From Eledone cirrhosa (lineage: Eukaryota), in contig OZ024742.1 of the NCBI GenBank assembly GCA_964016885.1, positions 220,038,001-220,102,000 of the forward strand: a stretch of 64,000 nucleotides of DNA, read 5' to 3'. The number at the start of each line of letters is the position of its first letter. Position 1 is the first letter of the stretch. The translations under genes and the position numbers were made by a program. A model generated the notes under the pieces. That model was given only the letters and a program-made list of their open reading frames with translations, did not search any database and was not told where the DNA came from. Shown one piece after another: positions 1-12,569 of the stretch.

Positions 1-315
1 CTCTCCAAATCGAAGAATTTATGTTAATATCCTTAAATAACATGAATTTAAATGAAGCATCTTAGTTACCATAAAAATCAAAGAGAGAGGAGGGGGTGAA
101 AGAGGGAGCGAGAGAGAGAAAGAGAGAGGGAGAGATAAAAAAAAGTCTGTAAAAAAAAAGAGAGAGAGAAAAATGTAATAACCTAACATATTTTCAGTAG
201 AAAACTACTGGTAGCACAAAACCTTGTATAGCGCTGGTATTCATAATTAACAGATTTGGTACATCTCAAACATGAAAAAAGACATTACTGTAGAGTTAGG
301 AAGACCACAAACAGA

Positions 316-553
316 TTAACCCGTTTGATATTAACCTACCCCAAAACGCCTCTGGCTCTATGTAACTAATATATTCGTTTAAGTGTTCCTACTTAAATTT
401 AAACTTTCCAACATAATTGTATATAAGAATAATTGCTTATGTTACAAATATCATCTTAATGAAATTATAATTTTTGTAAATACTTTACAAATTCTTCATT
501 AATTACTTAAAATACAATGTACTCCATTAGAAATATGGTGACAAAAGGGTTAA
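316..553. mobile_element. TTAA-flanked MITE (piggyBac-like termini), family M1
   Basis: TTAA-CCCGTTTGATA ... TGACAAAAGGG-TTAA imperfect TIRs. The right end is re-duplicated in a 67-bp tandem (498-564/565-631). A related copy lies inverted at 55128-55365. Confidence 0.55.
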
Positions 554-1494
554 AGAACATTTACATTAATTACTTAAAATACAATGTACTCCATTAGAAA
601 TATGGTGACAAAAGGGTTAAAGAACATTTACAGTGTTTGTGTTGTAATATATACATCTGGCAGCCATGCTAAAAAAACACCCAGTTACAAAAGATCCACC
701 TAAAATATCTTGCAAAAATAGTAGCGCTGTTAATTGTATAATTATAGTGTGTATTATTAAGAATTGTTTAACTTATTTACTCAATTATCTTATCTAGACT
801 CATTCTAATAGTACTCAGATAATGAAATTAATATACAGAACATATAATAAATTAATGATGACAACATTTTTCTGAAAATGTTAGATTTTGTTTTTTAAGT
901 GATGGTGTCACTGTGTGAGGCTACCATCTCTCAAGTGCACTATATTTCATTTGTTTACCCTAATATTTTTCTCACAACACAACACAGGTAGTCAAGGAGA
1001 GGTCTCTTCAGTTGTGTCAAGAACATAACAACCTCCCTAGTGTTCGTGATCTACATGTTAAATGCACCCAGTACACACTGTAAAATGGTTGGTGATAAGA
1101 AGGGTATCCAGCCATAGAAAGCTTGCTAAACAAAGAGCTGGGAGGAAGTTTCAGTTATATCAAAGACATGACAACATCTCTAATGCTAGTGTCATGAGAA
1201 GATGCACTTGGTAGAATGTGGGACTGTATGTAAGCAAGATGGGAACACCCTGGCCTGACTGAGAAGTCAGTAACCCCACTTAAATAATGATGGTCTGTGA
1301 AGAGCCATCCAACACTTGCTATCAGGGAAAGTGGATGTTAAATGATGATGACAATGATGATGATGATGTCAAAACAGAACTAGAAGATGATAGACTAGCA
1401 TAGTGAATGACACAAGTCAAGAATGAAAAGAGACAGCTATATGGATTGCAGATTCGTTCAATCCAGACTAGTCAATAAAAAAATGCTTAACTAA

Positions 1495-1645
1495 TGATGA
1501 AAATGATAGGGATGATGATGATGATGATGATAGTGATGATGATAATGATGATAGTGATGATGATAGTGATGATGATGATAATGATAGTGATGATGATGAT
1601 AATGATAATAATGATGATGATGAAAATGATGATAGTGATGATGAT
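1495..1645. repeat. degenerate (GAT/GATAAT)n low-complexity tract
   Basis: Directly visible; explains the poly-Ser ORF 1468-1722. Confidence 0.9.
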
Positions 1646-3559
1646 AACCTAAAGTTTACAGTAGAAATATTGAAAGGAATCAATACCAACAATATCAACA
1701 TTATAGCTAGATACAAACCCATAAAGTTTAATATGATTAAGATGTAAACTAAGTTAATCTGAAACTATGGAAATACTCTCATGTAAGATGAGTCAATAAT
1801 GGTGCTTCTACATGGTAGATAAACATACTATAAATAGTAGCCAAAGCTCCATTCTAGTCATCTGGTTTTGCCTGCCTCACGGCAACAGGCCACTATGCTC
1901 TTCTATTTTTCTCAGTCTCTGGCAAGGGTTCGTGCTTGAAACCAGTTTGTGCCACACCTGCACAGGTCATATTTTAAGGTGGATCTCCAAATTTTTCCAC
2001 CAGTTGACAGCCATGACATTGCAGTTCTTGTTATGTCTGCCATAGCTTTTCCTAAGCCAGGTTGAGAAAGAAGGTTAGGCATAGGGCCAGTACCCCTACC
2101 CTATAAAAAGATCCATTTACCACAGAAATCACTATGAATTTTCCAAATCTCCCTCAATTCACACAATAATGTCTTTAGAATAAGGTAGGACACATCATCA
2201 TTTAATGTCAGTTTTCCCTGCTAGCAAGGCTTAGACCTATTGTCTGGATAAAAAAATGGTATCGTCATATTTGAAATACTTTTGATCATAGGTTTGTTCT
2301 GATTGTGCAGACTGTGATGTCTGTTTTATTGCCTGTATTCAGTGATTTGACTTAAAAAAACAAAACAAATGTTGTATCAAGAAAGGTACGTGGCTATAGA
2401 ATATTTACTCAAAGACTCTCACTCAATACATGCTAGCTTGGAAAATCAGATGCAGAAATAATGGTATCCTCAAATATACATAAGGCCAGATGTTTCCAGT
2501 TTAGAATAGGCACACTGTATCTCAGTGTGTTGTAAGAAAAGATGAAAATGGCTGTTGTGCTGAAGAGAATCTGGCTGTAAATCATTGCCTCAAAAACTCT
2601 TGTCCAACACATGCCAGCACAAAAAAGTCAAAGTAAAAATGATGATGATACATATAAACACATACACACATGTAGTGGGATCTTAGGCAAGCTAACAAAA
2701 AACATAGGTTTTATATGTGGTTGACGCACATGTGCAGTAAGTAGCAAGAGCCCACAGGATACTAACTCCATTAAATGCCCAATTGGCTCTGTAGAAGTAG
2801 TTGATAGTTTCTGTACCTGGGTGACCAAATTAACAGTGGCGAAGGGTGTACCAAAAGTACAGTAGCCAGAGTGAGAATGGAAGGGAGAAAGTTCAGGGAG
2901 CTACTATTGCTGCTAACTAGAAAAGGGTTTTCTCTCAAAATGAAGAGCAGTTTTTATGATGTGTGTATACAAGCAGTAATGTTTCACAGTAGCAAGATCT
3001 GGGTGTTGTGTGCAGAAGACCAACAAAGATTGGAAAGAAATGAAGCTTGCATGCTCCAATGGATTTGTAATAGTAATACATGAATAGTAAAGTGTAAATA
3101 AAATGAAGAAACTGGGCATAAGGAGGATCAGATGTAGTATGCAGGAGAGGGGTTTGTGGTGGTATGGACATGATATGGACATGAAAGATAACAGCTGCAT
3201 AAAAAGGTTAAGGGCACTAAAAGTTAATGATAGCTATGGTTTTGGAAGACCTAGGAAAGCTTGGGATGAAGTGATAAAAACTGACTTCACACAATTGTGC
3301 CGCTCAAGGACGATGATATAGGATTGCAATCCCTGGCATTATGCAGTACTGCAAAAGATCTGCCTTCCCATGTACAGGGGATGAAGCATTATCTAGTGGT
3401 TTCTAATTTGCACCCCACCCCCCACACACACACTTCCATACTCTACCTATGTCTTAATCACTACCTCTCACCAGCTAAGTACCCCACCCTAGACTTACCA
3501 CTCCAACCCCCACCCTACATAAACAGCCCCTACCCCACTTACCACATCTGATGTACATG

Positions 3560-3950
3560 GTCATGCTGGTGACACAAAAAAGCCTTAGTCCACGATGTAC
3601 GGTGTTCATATTGGTTTCATGACAAAAGAACACCTAACCCTTCCTGAAGGATGGTTGTGCTGGTGACATGATGAGTGGGTACCCAGTCCCTTCTGTGAGG
3701 TGATCATGTCGGTGGCATGACAGAAGGTGCCAGGTCTGCCCTGTGGAGTGGTCAGGTTGGTAGTACATGACAATAAATGCTCAGCCAACCCTGTAAAGTG
3801 GGTGCGATGGTGACAATAAAAGCACCCAGCCCAACCTGTGAAGTGATTATGTTGGTGACATAACAAAAAGTGCCCAGACCACACTGTAAAGTAGATGTGT
3901 TGTTGTCATAAAAAGCACCCAGTCCCCACTGTAAAATGATCATTTTGGTC
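3560..3950 (+). repeat. about 45-bp degenerate tandem array of the LINE 3'UTR module
   Basis: Repeated GTGGTCATG(C/T)TGGTGAC..AAAAAGCACCCAGTCCACACTGTAAA-like units. Confidence 0.75.
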
Positions 3951-4297
3951 ATCATTTCATCATCATCATTTCATTTTACGTCCGCTTTTTCCCTGCTGGC
4001 AAGGGTGGGACGGGAACTGATTTTGGCTTGATTTCTACAGCTGGATGCCCTTCCTAACACCAACCTCATTTACAGTGAATGCTGGGTGCTTTTTTGCGAT
4101 GGCACCTCCACGACCACTTTGCAGTGGAATGATAGGGACTCCAGTCCCTATCATCTCATTTCTACAGCTGAGTAAACTGGAGCAATGTGAAATAAAGTGT
4201 CTTGCTCAAGGAAACAACACATTACCCGATCTGAGAATTGAACTCACAACCTTCTGATTGCAAGGCCAATGCTCTAACCACTAAGCCATGTGCCTCC
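3950..4297 (-). mobile_element. SINE family A (tRNA head, CORE-like body, RTE-type (GAT)n tail)
   Basis: Near-identical to copies at 6524, 6915, 50191 and 53079. A-box TGGCTTAGTGG and B-box GAGTTCAATTC on the minus strand. Confidence 0.9.
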
Positions 4298-4545
4298 ATA
4301 TATGGTATCACGTTAAAAAGCACCTAGCAAATGTTGTTGACATTAGGAAGGGTATCCAGCTGTAGAAATCAAGCTAGAAACGATTCTGTGTGATCAAGAC
4401 CCAATCATCTGAGCTGACTTGTCTCACAATGGCACAACTTGTCTAACCCATGCTAGCATGGAAAATAGATACTAACAGTGATGATGATGATATATGCACA
4501 CACATAAACGTACATATACATACAAAATGCATACATATATATATA

Positions 4546-4587
<42 letters not shown>

Positions 4588-4589
4588 CA

Positions 4590-4722
4590 TACGGCAAAAA
4601 GCACCCAGTACTCAATGTAAATGAGGTTGGTGTTAGGAAGGGCATCCAGCTGTAGAAATCAAGCCAGAATCAGTTCCTGTCCCACCCTTGCAAGCAAGGA
4701 AAAGCGGACATAAAATGATGAT
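4590..4722 (+). mobile_element. 5'-truncated SINE A (tail only) in (TA)n
   Basis: Matches the 3' about 130 bp of SINE A; (TA)n on both sides. Confidence 0.8.
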
Positions 4723-4830
4723 ATATATATATATACATACATATATTGGTCGTCAAGTATGAAATTTGTAGTGAGGCATATGGTTATATGTTTTTTCTAC
4801 AAATTTCATACTTGACGACCCAATATATAT

Positions 4831-4883
<53 letters not shown>

Positions 4884-5238
4884 CATATACACACATCATT
4901 GTGATTATACATAATGAAGCATCTGAAGGTTTTCTGAAAGACAGCAAAGACAAAAGTTAATCATGATTTGTCTGATTAATGATAAACAAAATTGATAATT
5001 GAATCAAAATCTCTTACAAGTAGAGATAAATTGTCTAACAGAAGCATGACCATGGGAGGGGAAATGGGGGGGGGGGGACAGCTAAGGAAAGCATAGGGAA
5101 TTATTAAGGCATGGCTTGTTGCCATAACAATAACTTTAATAACTTATTTAAGACAGTTAAATGTATTTCCATTCATTTGCTTTTGTTGTTTTACCTTAAT
5201 TTGTCATTGTTGTGTCATTAGGATGATCTTATTTCTTT

Positions 5239-5269
<31 letters not shown>

Positions 5270-5369
5270 CTGCCACAGCTGTGGAAAACTGCTTAGTTGC
5301 GGGTTGTGGTACATATTTATGTGGGACATAAACATTTCTCAAAGCTTCGGCTAAATTTTGTAATGTTTC

Positions 5370-5690
5370 ATCATCATCGTTTTTGTATCCATTTTTCCAT
5401 GCTCACATGGGTTCCTTCATCATCTCTGCGAGTCTCAATGATTTGAGATCAGCTTTCATCACCTCCGCTCAAGTTTTCCATGGTTTACTTCAACTGCAGC
5501 TTCCTTCTACTGTGATTTTCTGGCACTTCTTACCCCAGTGATCACCATGCATGCACATCACATGCCCATACCAATGCAGTCATCTCTCCTACAAACTACT
5601 TCTTATTCTTTTTAACCCAGTTTCTCCCTCAGTTCATCCAGGCTTTGTTGTTCTTACACATTAACATAGCACATCTAATGAAGCATTGTG
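5370..5690 (-). mobile_element. degenerate RTE-PHD LINE 3' fragment
   Basis: Reverse complement resembles the WYGHVMCMH..HWVKKC segment and tail of the 9932-10245 copy. Confidence 0.65.
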
Positions 5691-5926
5691 TACAGATATA
5701 AATGTATAATATACTTCAGCTGCTTAGTGCATGATGATGATATTTTACATATGAGTTAAAGTTTTATTTTTAAATGTTTTCATTCCGTATTGAATGTGAC
5801 ATGAGTTTCACAAATGATAGGCTCAAGGTCTTAATCAATATGATAGACTTCATTCCAGTATTGATCTGCTCATCAAATAGGAAGATTTAAATCAAAACAT
5901 TTCCACTGATAGGTATCTGATTTCCT

Positions 5927-5974
<48 letters not shown>

Positions 5975-6115
5975 TGCAACTCCATTTCATGTAATGCCAT
6001 CACTTGATTCTTAAGCATGAGCATCACGGATGTGGCTTTTTAGTGGGGCATGGTTTAATATTGTAGTGATAGTGGGCACAATTGGGGTGGGTATGTTGGC
6101 AGGCAAGTAAGCTTG

Positions 6116-6148
<33 letters not shown>

Positions 6149-6152
<4 letters not shown>

Positions 6153-6410
6153 GGAGGTGAGTTTTATTGTAGTACAATAAAGCAATGCAGATATCGGATA
6201 AGAAGCACTCTACAGTTTGTAGGACTGGAGTATACATAATATAAGATCAAAAGATGGTTAAAGGAGTTCCATGTATTTTATTATGCGCATTTCAAAAACA
6301 AACATCATCATGCAATAATATTTGTGTTTTCATCAGATAAAACAGGAGAACATGATATGAAGGCTAAAAAACACTTGTGGATAGTGCAGTTTTAAATCAA
6401 CATATATATC
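6149..6410 (-). mobile_element. Penelope-like terminal repeat (pLTR-like) fragment carrying a hammerhead
   Basis: Homologous to 52268-52303 and about 52625-52775; contains the hammerhead motif; flanked by (TA)n. Confidence 0.6.
6274..6344 (-). ncRNA. minimal type I hammerhead ribozyme motif
   Basis: Minus strand reads TGTTTTAT-CTGATGA-stem II (AAACACAAATA...TGTTTGTTTTT)-GAAA-TGCGCA(palindromic helix III)-TA-ATAAAATA. Both core boxes are present and stems I and II pair. Confidence 0.75.
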
Positions 6411-6436
6411 AGTTTTAAATCAACATATATTTAAAT

Positions 6437-6480
<44 letters not shown>

Positions 6481-6482
<2 letters not shown>

Positions 6483-6867
6483 AGGCACATGGCTTAGTAT
6501 GGAGGCACATGGCTTAGTTCTATGGAGGCACATGGCTTAGTGGTTAGAGCATTGGCCTTGCAATCGAAAGGTTGTGAGTTCAATTCTCAGACCAGGTGAT
6601 GTGTTGTTTCCTTGAGCAAGACACTTTATTTCACATTGCTCCAGTTTACTCAGCTGTAGAAATGAGATGATAGGGACTGGGGTCCATATCATTCCACTGC
6701 AAAGTGGTCGTGCAGGTGCCACGGCAAAAAAGCACCCAGCACTCACTGTAAATGAAGTTGGTGTTACGAAGGGCATCCAGCTGTAGAAATCAAGCCAGAA
6801 TCAGTTCCCGTCCCACCCTTGCAAGCAGGGAAAAGCGGACGTAAAATGAAATGATGATGATGATGAT
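6481..6867 (+). mobile_element. SINE A with triplicated 5' head, tandem copy 1
   Basis: GGAGGCACATGGCTTAGT at 6481, 6501 and 6524, then full body and (GAT)n tail; preceded by (TA)n. Confidence 0.9.
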
Positions 6868-6871
6868 ATAT

Positions 6872-7263
6872 GGAGGCACATTGCTTAGTATGGAGGCACA
6901 TGGCTTAGTTCTATGGAGGCACGTGGCTTAGTGGTTAGAGCATTGGCCTTTCAATCGAAAGGTTGTGAGTTCAATTCTCAGACCAGGTGATGTGTTGTTT
7001 CCTTGAGCAAGACACTTTATTTCACATTGCTCCAGTTTACTCAGCTGTAGAAATGAGATGATAGGGACTGGGGTCCCTATCATTCCACTGCAAAGTGGTC
7101 GTGGAGGTGCCACGGCAAAAAAGCACCCAGCACTCACTGTAAATGAGGTTGGTGTTAGGAAGGGCATCCAGCTGTAGAAATCAAGCCAGAATCAGTTCCC
7201 GTCCCACCCTTGCAAGCAGGGAAAAAGTGGACGTTAAATGAAATGATGATGATGAATGATGAT
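6872..7263 (+). mobile_element. SINE A with triplicated 5' head, tandem copy 2
   Basis: Head-to-tail repeat of copy 1 at 391-bp offset with a few substitutions. Confidence 0.9.
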
Positions 7264-7661
7264 AATATGAAAATAGAAATAGAAGTTTTCACATATATTG
7301 ACTACAGAAAATAGTTCAATGTTAGAGCATATGACTAACCATAATGGAAAAGAATTGGGCATTAACAGATGTGGGAATTGAACTCACAACTCTTATTTTC
7401 ATTTCGCATGCATTCTACTTTTAAAATGTTCAATCACCACCATATTCTAATTCACACAGCTTATAGATATATATCTGGACTTTTCTGGTGATTTCTCCTG
7501 AATGAAACATTTCTAGTCCTGTAGAAGCCATTTCTGTATTAAATATATATATATATCAGTTCCCGTCCCACCCTTGCATGCAGGGAAAAGCTGACGTAAA
7601 ATGATAAAATGATATACACCATCATCGTCATCACCACCACCATTTAACGTCCTTTTCCATG

Positions 7662-8072
7662 AAAATTGAGAAAGCTCATTGCTAGAACCCCTGTTAAAAC
7701 AGCCAAAAGCTGTCATAGAGAGCAATGGGCAAAAATGCCTCAGAGGACAGAGACCAGTGGTTGACAGAGATACAATCCATGAGGTGGGTGACAGACAGAT
7801 GAAATATAGAAAAGATTGAAAGAGGAAGAGGAAAAAGAGAAATGTGCCAGTGTATAGAAATGACAAGAAGGAAATAAAAATAAAGGCGATGTAAAAGACA
7901 TGTTCACACACACATTTTTACCCTCATCAGCTCCCAAAACTCATAGATTGATTCTCTCTCTGTCGACCACTGACCACTGGTCTCTGTTCTCTGAGGCATT
8001 TTTGTCCATCGCCGTCTTTGACAGCATTTGTCTGTTTTAACAGCTGTTCTAGTGATGAGTTTTCTCATTTTT
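7662..8072. mobile_element. inverted repeat pair (about 120-130-bp arms) enclosing a degenerate hammerhead; probable Penelope-like pLTR in inverted arrangement
   Basis: About 7662-7785 is the reverse complement of about 7940-8072. A third partial copy lies at about 9254-9328. Confidence 0.55.
7892..7935 (-). ncRNA. degenerate minimal hammerhead motif
   Basis: Minus strand reads GGGAG-CTGATGA-GGGTAAAAATGTGTGTGT-GAA-CATG-TC-TTTT. One A of GAAA is missing and stem II has decayed. Confidence 0.4.
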
Positions 8073-8419
8073 ATTTGTATTCAAATACACTGTTGCTTCA
8101 TCTCAATCAGAGGTAACAATGTTTTTCATATATATAAATAAATATCATCATCATCATCGTCACCATTTAACATCCATTTTCCCTGCTAGCATGGGTTAGA
8201 GGGGTTGTTCTATTCGAGGCATGTTGAGGTTCGATGACCATGTCTTGCTCATACAGAACTGATTTTGGTTTGGTTTCTACAGCTGGATGCCCTTCCTAAC
8301 ACCACAGTGAGTACTGGGTGCTTTTTGTCATGACATCTGCATGACCATCTTACAGTGTGGGCTGGATACTTTTAGTCATGTCACCATCATGTCCACTTTA
8401 CAGTGTGGGCTTTGGTGGG

Positions 8420-8830
8420 AAGTAATAAATACCAGAGAGTAATGTTCATCAATGCAACCCCTGGAGGCAAACTAGCTTACAGATTTAGAAGGGCTTTAGA
8501 CAAACAAAAATTAAATATTAAGATAGTTGAAAGACCAGGTATTCCCATAAAAGCCCTTCTTGGTAGAACATATCCTTTTGAAAAAAAATCCCTGCACCGA
8601 TAGGAAATATAAAGTCTGCAAATTAAGCCCACAAACTAACTGCAAAATTAGGAACGTAGTATATAGAATAAGATGTACAGTGTAGGAATAGGAACACAAC
8701 ATACATAGGTGAGACAGCCTGTAGCATAGGAGAGGGGATAAATGAACACTGGCGAGAACTCCAAGATGGGATGAACTCATCAGTACTCCACCAACATGCC
8801 AAAATGAAACATAGGGGCACACTAGAGAAC
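8420..8830 (+). pseudogene. Penelope-like element C-terminal fragment (linker plus GIY-YIG endonuclease), inactivated
   Basis: TPGGKLA..IKIVERPG..K.LL...PF, then CKIRNVVYRIRC and TYIGETACSIGEGINEH, with stops and a frameshift. Confidence 0.8.
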
Positions 8831-9326
8831 ATCATCATCACTGTTTTACGTCCATTCTTCTATGCTAGCATGGGTTAGATAAGTTATCCTGTTATGGACA
8901 ATGCCAGGTCAGGTGACCATGACTTGCTCATACAGAACTGATTCTGGCTTGATTTCTACAGCTGGATGTCCTTCCTAACACCAACCTTATTTACAGTGAG
9001 TATCTGTGCTTTTTATTGTGGTACGTACATGACCACTTTACAGTTTGGACTAGGTGCTTTTCTATCATGACACCTACACTACCACTTTACAGTGGGAGTG
9101 TGGTGGCGGCATACTGCCTATATAAAAATAAAAATCATATCCACACACAGAAAAGATTCAATGCTTTGACAAATTACAGAAACGACAAACATAAACGAAC
9201 TCCAACCAGAATTAAACAGAAATCATAAGTGGAATAGCAACAACATCACATGGTCACTGGTCTCTGGCCCCTGAGGCATTTCTGCCCATCGCTGTCTTTG
9301 ACAGTATTTAGCTGGTTTAACAGCTG

Positions 9327-10245
9327 TTGGAATCAAGAGGACTGAGAGTGAACATAGCTAAGACAAAAGTGTTGATAAGTAGAAGAGAGCACAATACTCC
9401 GATTTCATCAGGGAAATGGCCATGTTCGATATGTAGGAAAAGAACTGGCATAAATTCCATAAAATGTACGCAATGCAGATCTTGGGTACACAAGGGGTGT
9501 AGTGGGATAGCAGGCAAACTAACAGGTAGGGAAAACTATGTATACAGTAGACGTACAGGGAAAGTTGGCAGTAGTAATCGCAGTGATAGACACATTTTTC
9601 CAATGCAGGTGGGTTCTATAGAAGTGGTTGATAGCTTCTAATACCTAGGTGATCAGATTAGTATGGGAGGGGGGTGTTCCGAAACTATAGTATCTAGAAT
9701 AAGGACGGGTTGGAAGAAGTTTAGGGAGCTGCTTCCTTTATTGACAAAGCAGGGTTTCTCCCTGCATATGAAAGGACGGTTATATGATGCCTGTGTGAGA
9801 TGCACATGCTGTATAGTAGTGAGACATGGGCAGCAACTGTGGAGGATATGTGATGGCTGGAGAGAAATGAAACAAGCATGCTCCGATAGATGTGCAATGT
9901 CAATGTGCGTGAATGACCAAGCATAGACGAGTTGAGAAAGAAACTGGGGGTAAGGGGTAGTAGTTGTGGTGTGCAGGAGAGAAGGCTGAGATGGTATGGA
10001 CATGTGATGCACATGGAGGATGACCACTGGGTAAAGAAGTGCCACAAAATCCCAGTAGAAGGAAGACGCAGTAGAGGTAGACCACGTAAAACACGAGCGG
10101 AGGTGGTGACAGCAGACCTCAGATCACTAAAACTCACTGAGGGGATGACGAAAGACCATGACAGTCGGAGAGATGCTGTGCTGAATAGGACCTGTCCAAC
10201 CCTTGCAAGTAGGAAAAAGCAGATGTAAAATGCTGATGATGATGA
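9327..10245 (+). mobile_element. RTE-PHD LINE 3' fragment, short-3'UTR variant
   Basis: GLRVNIAKTK, CSIC..CTQC..WVHKGC, RTGWKKFRELL, LRWYGHV, GRPRKT; runs into the (GAT)n tail and then (TA)n. Confidence 0.9.
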
Positions 10246-10579
10246 TATATATATATATATCTTTTTTTATTTTTTTTTTTTATCCTTCAAATCAGTACAG
10301 AAACAGTTGATATTTAACTAAAGTTGTGAGAAATGTGTCTGTAAATACATATTTCTATATATACACATATATTTGTCATATTTACATATTTCTCTGTAGA
10401 GTGAAAAAGATTAACACCTTGATTCAAGTTTTGATCCTTGTTAGGACCTCTGTCAAAAACAATCTACAGCTGAGAGAACTAATGGCTATACATGAATCAA
10501 ATGATGCAGAAACAGTGAACTGGTTCTGCTAATTTGCATGATTTTACTAGAAGTGGTTAATAGATTCTTCTAACTTGGT

Positions 10580-11050
10580 GATTTAATTAGTAAAGGAGAT
10601 GGACATATTGAAAGCATAGTAAGAAAAGCTGGTAAGAAAAGGATTCTCTCTCAGGTGAAAATGCAGATTCTATATTGTTTGTGAATGAATTGTCATGCCT
10701 CATACTCATGAAATGTAGACAGACCTTCAATGTAAAAGTACTGTACCAGCTGGAAACAATGAATCAAGCATGTCCTGCTGGATGTGTAATATTACTGTGC
10801 ATGAACAACAAAACATAAATAATCCGAGAAGAAAGCTGAATATAAAAGGAATCAGATGTAATGTGAAAAAGAGTTGACTTCATTGATATGGATATGTGAT
10901 GCATATGGTCTATATCAGTTGTGTAAATAAGTGTTGAGCCCTTGAAGTAGTTGGAACCTCTGGAAGAGGAAGACCAGTGATGACATGAGACAAAGTGGTG
11001 AAAACTGATCACAAGAAACTGAACCACACAAAGTAGATGACAAGCACATG
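10580..11050 (+). mobile_element. highly decayed RTE-PHD LINE fragment
   Basis: Patchy nucleotide similarity to the 3' half of the family. Confidence 0.5.
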
Positions 11051-11529
11051 CATGTAACTACTTCATGACACCATTTAAAGCATGTGGTGCCATTTGTTTA
11101 TATCCTTTAGAATAGCTATGGGCTGATTTTAAGAAGAGTATCTGGCCACAGGATATGTCTTCAAAAATGTTCCATCCAACCCATTGTAGTATGAACATAT
11201 GTAAAAATGATGACGATGAGTTTAATGGAGTGAGTTAACAAGAGAAAGTTGGTTATGAGAACACTAGAGACACAGTTACTGTCAACCTTGTGGCTAATAG
11301 TCCAGTGCTCTACTAACTGAAATGTTGTGTTCATCCCATCATCAGCACTCATGGAACATGCATCAACAAAAAATATTTGATAATCATTGATTGTCTGTAT
11401 GTATATTATTGAATCATAATATCAAAAGGGAATCATATTCCTCTTCAGGTTTCTGTTCTCAGCTGTTGTGGACCAGCTGTTTATTTTGATGTTTAGTCTC
11501 TTCAAGATAAAACAGAAATATATAGATGG

Positions 11530-11573
<44 letters not shown>

Positions 11574-11619
11574 TTCAATTCATCCACTTCTTTGTGGTGA
11601 TATGATAAAACTATTTTCA

Positions 11620-12030
11620 TCTCACTTTATCCAACATTAACTTCCTCAGTTCTTCACTGAATAATTCAATGACTTTAATGTCTTGAGAGGTCTTTTGCCT
11701 TTGTGTTTCACATTAGTGGGCTCCCATAGTAAAAGTTTTGTAGCAGGGTCATTGCCTCTCATGACATGACCTGCAAGTTGAAGACGCCTGACACAGATAG
11801 CATAGCTAATGGGCAGGAGGTTGCTGCAGAGAATTTTATTTGTAACATACATGGTCAAGCGTTTTGATGTTTTTTATCCTTCTTAGCCTTGTGTGTAGCA
11901 ATCATCTAAAGCTTTGGTGATAGGTATTGTCACCAACCATGATTCACAGGAATACAGTAATATTGATTCCACAGTAGCTTTGAATAATCTAACTTTTGTT
12001 TTTGTGGTTATGTTAGATTTCCGCACCTTA
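11620..12030 (-). mobile_element. decayed RTE/RTEX-like LINE 3' fragment of a different family
   Basis: RRLQLAGHVMR..PATKLLLWEP; upstream KVRLFKATVESILLYSCESW-like segment. Confidence 0.65.
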
Positions 12031-12569
12031 ACTAACAAGTTCACAAACAGATAATGTTTGTGTTATCCTATTGTTTATATCATTTGACAAGTTGGTGTTT
12101 GTGCCAAGGTATTTCAAATATAGAGATAATAGATATAAAGAATAAGCTGCATGTGAACTGCATAAGATGGAAAATGATATACTACATCAGTCAAGATCTC
12201 TTGGATAGAACTATATAAACAACTTACTGGTAAAGAAATAGATTGTATATCAGCCAAAGTATGTATTCTTTTGTGTTGGGAAATATATCAACATTGAGGA
12301 AAAAGGAGTCGCCTCCTTTGCATATGCAAACATATAATTTGAACATAAAGATAATTCCAGTGGTTAAACTAATTCAAACAGGTGGCAAACATAAAACTAA
12401 ACAAATCAATATTGTAAAAAATATCTGCTGAAGCAGAACATAACTTTGGTTCTTTCATGTAAAATTAGCCTCTGAAGGAGTATAGATAACAATAGAAATT
12501 TGAACAAAAGTGAAATGCTGGATAATTAAGGATTTTAAAACCATATTGAGAGTCACAGTATATCAATTG

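Larger units (their letters stand above)
2690..4490 (+). mobile_element. degenerate RTE-PHD LINE 3' part with long 3'UTR, interrupted by a SINE
   Basis: ORF pieces RKFRELLLLL..KGFSLKMK, RLERNEACMLQW and WYGH..GRPRKAWDE match the 29498-30832 ORF. They are followed by a C-rich tract, about 45-bp repeat modules and the (GAT)n tail near 4490. Confidence 0.75.

Noticed and set aside
1468-1722. Signal-peptide-like poly-Ser ORF
   Set aside because: Translation of a (GAT)n tract with no other coding support.
4045-4257. Recurrent MPFLTPTSFTV... small ORF (also 6537, 6928, 50282, 53171)
   Set aside because: It is the antisense reading of SINE A, so recurrence only reflects SINE copy number.
6524-6595. 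tRNA gene
   Set aside because: A and B boxes belong to the SINE head; there is no convincing acceptor stem and the sequence continues into the SINE body.
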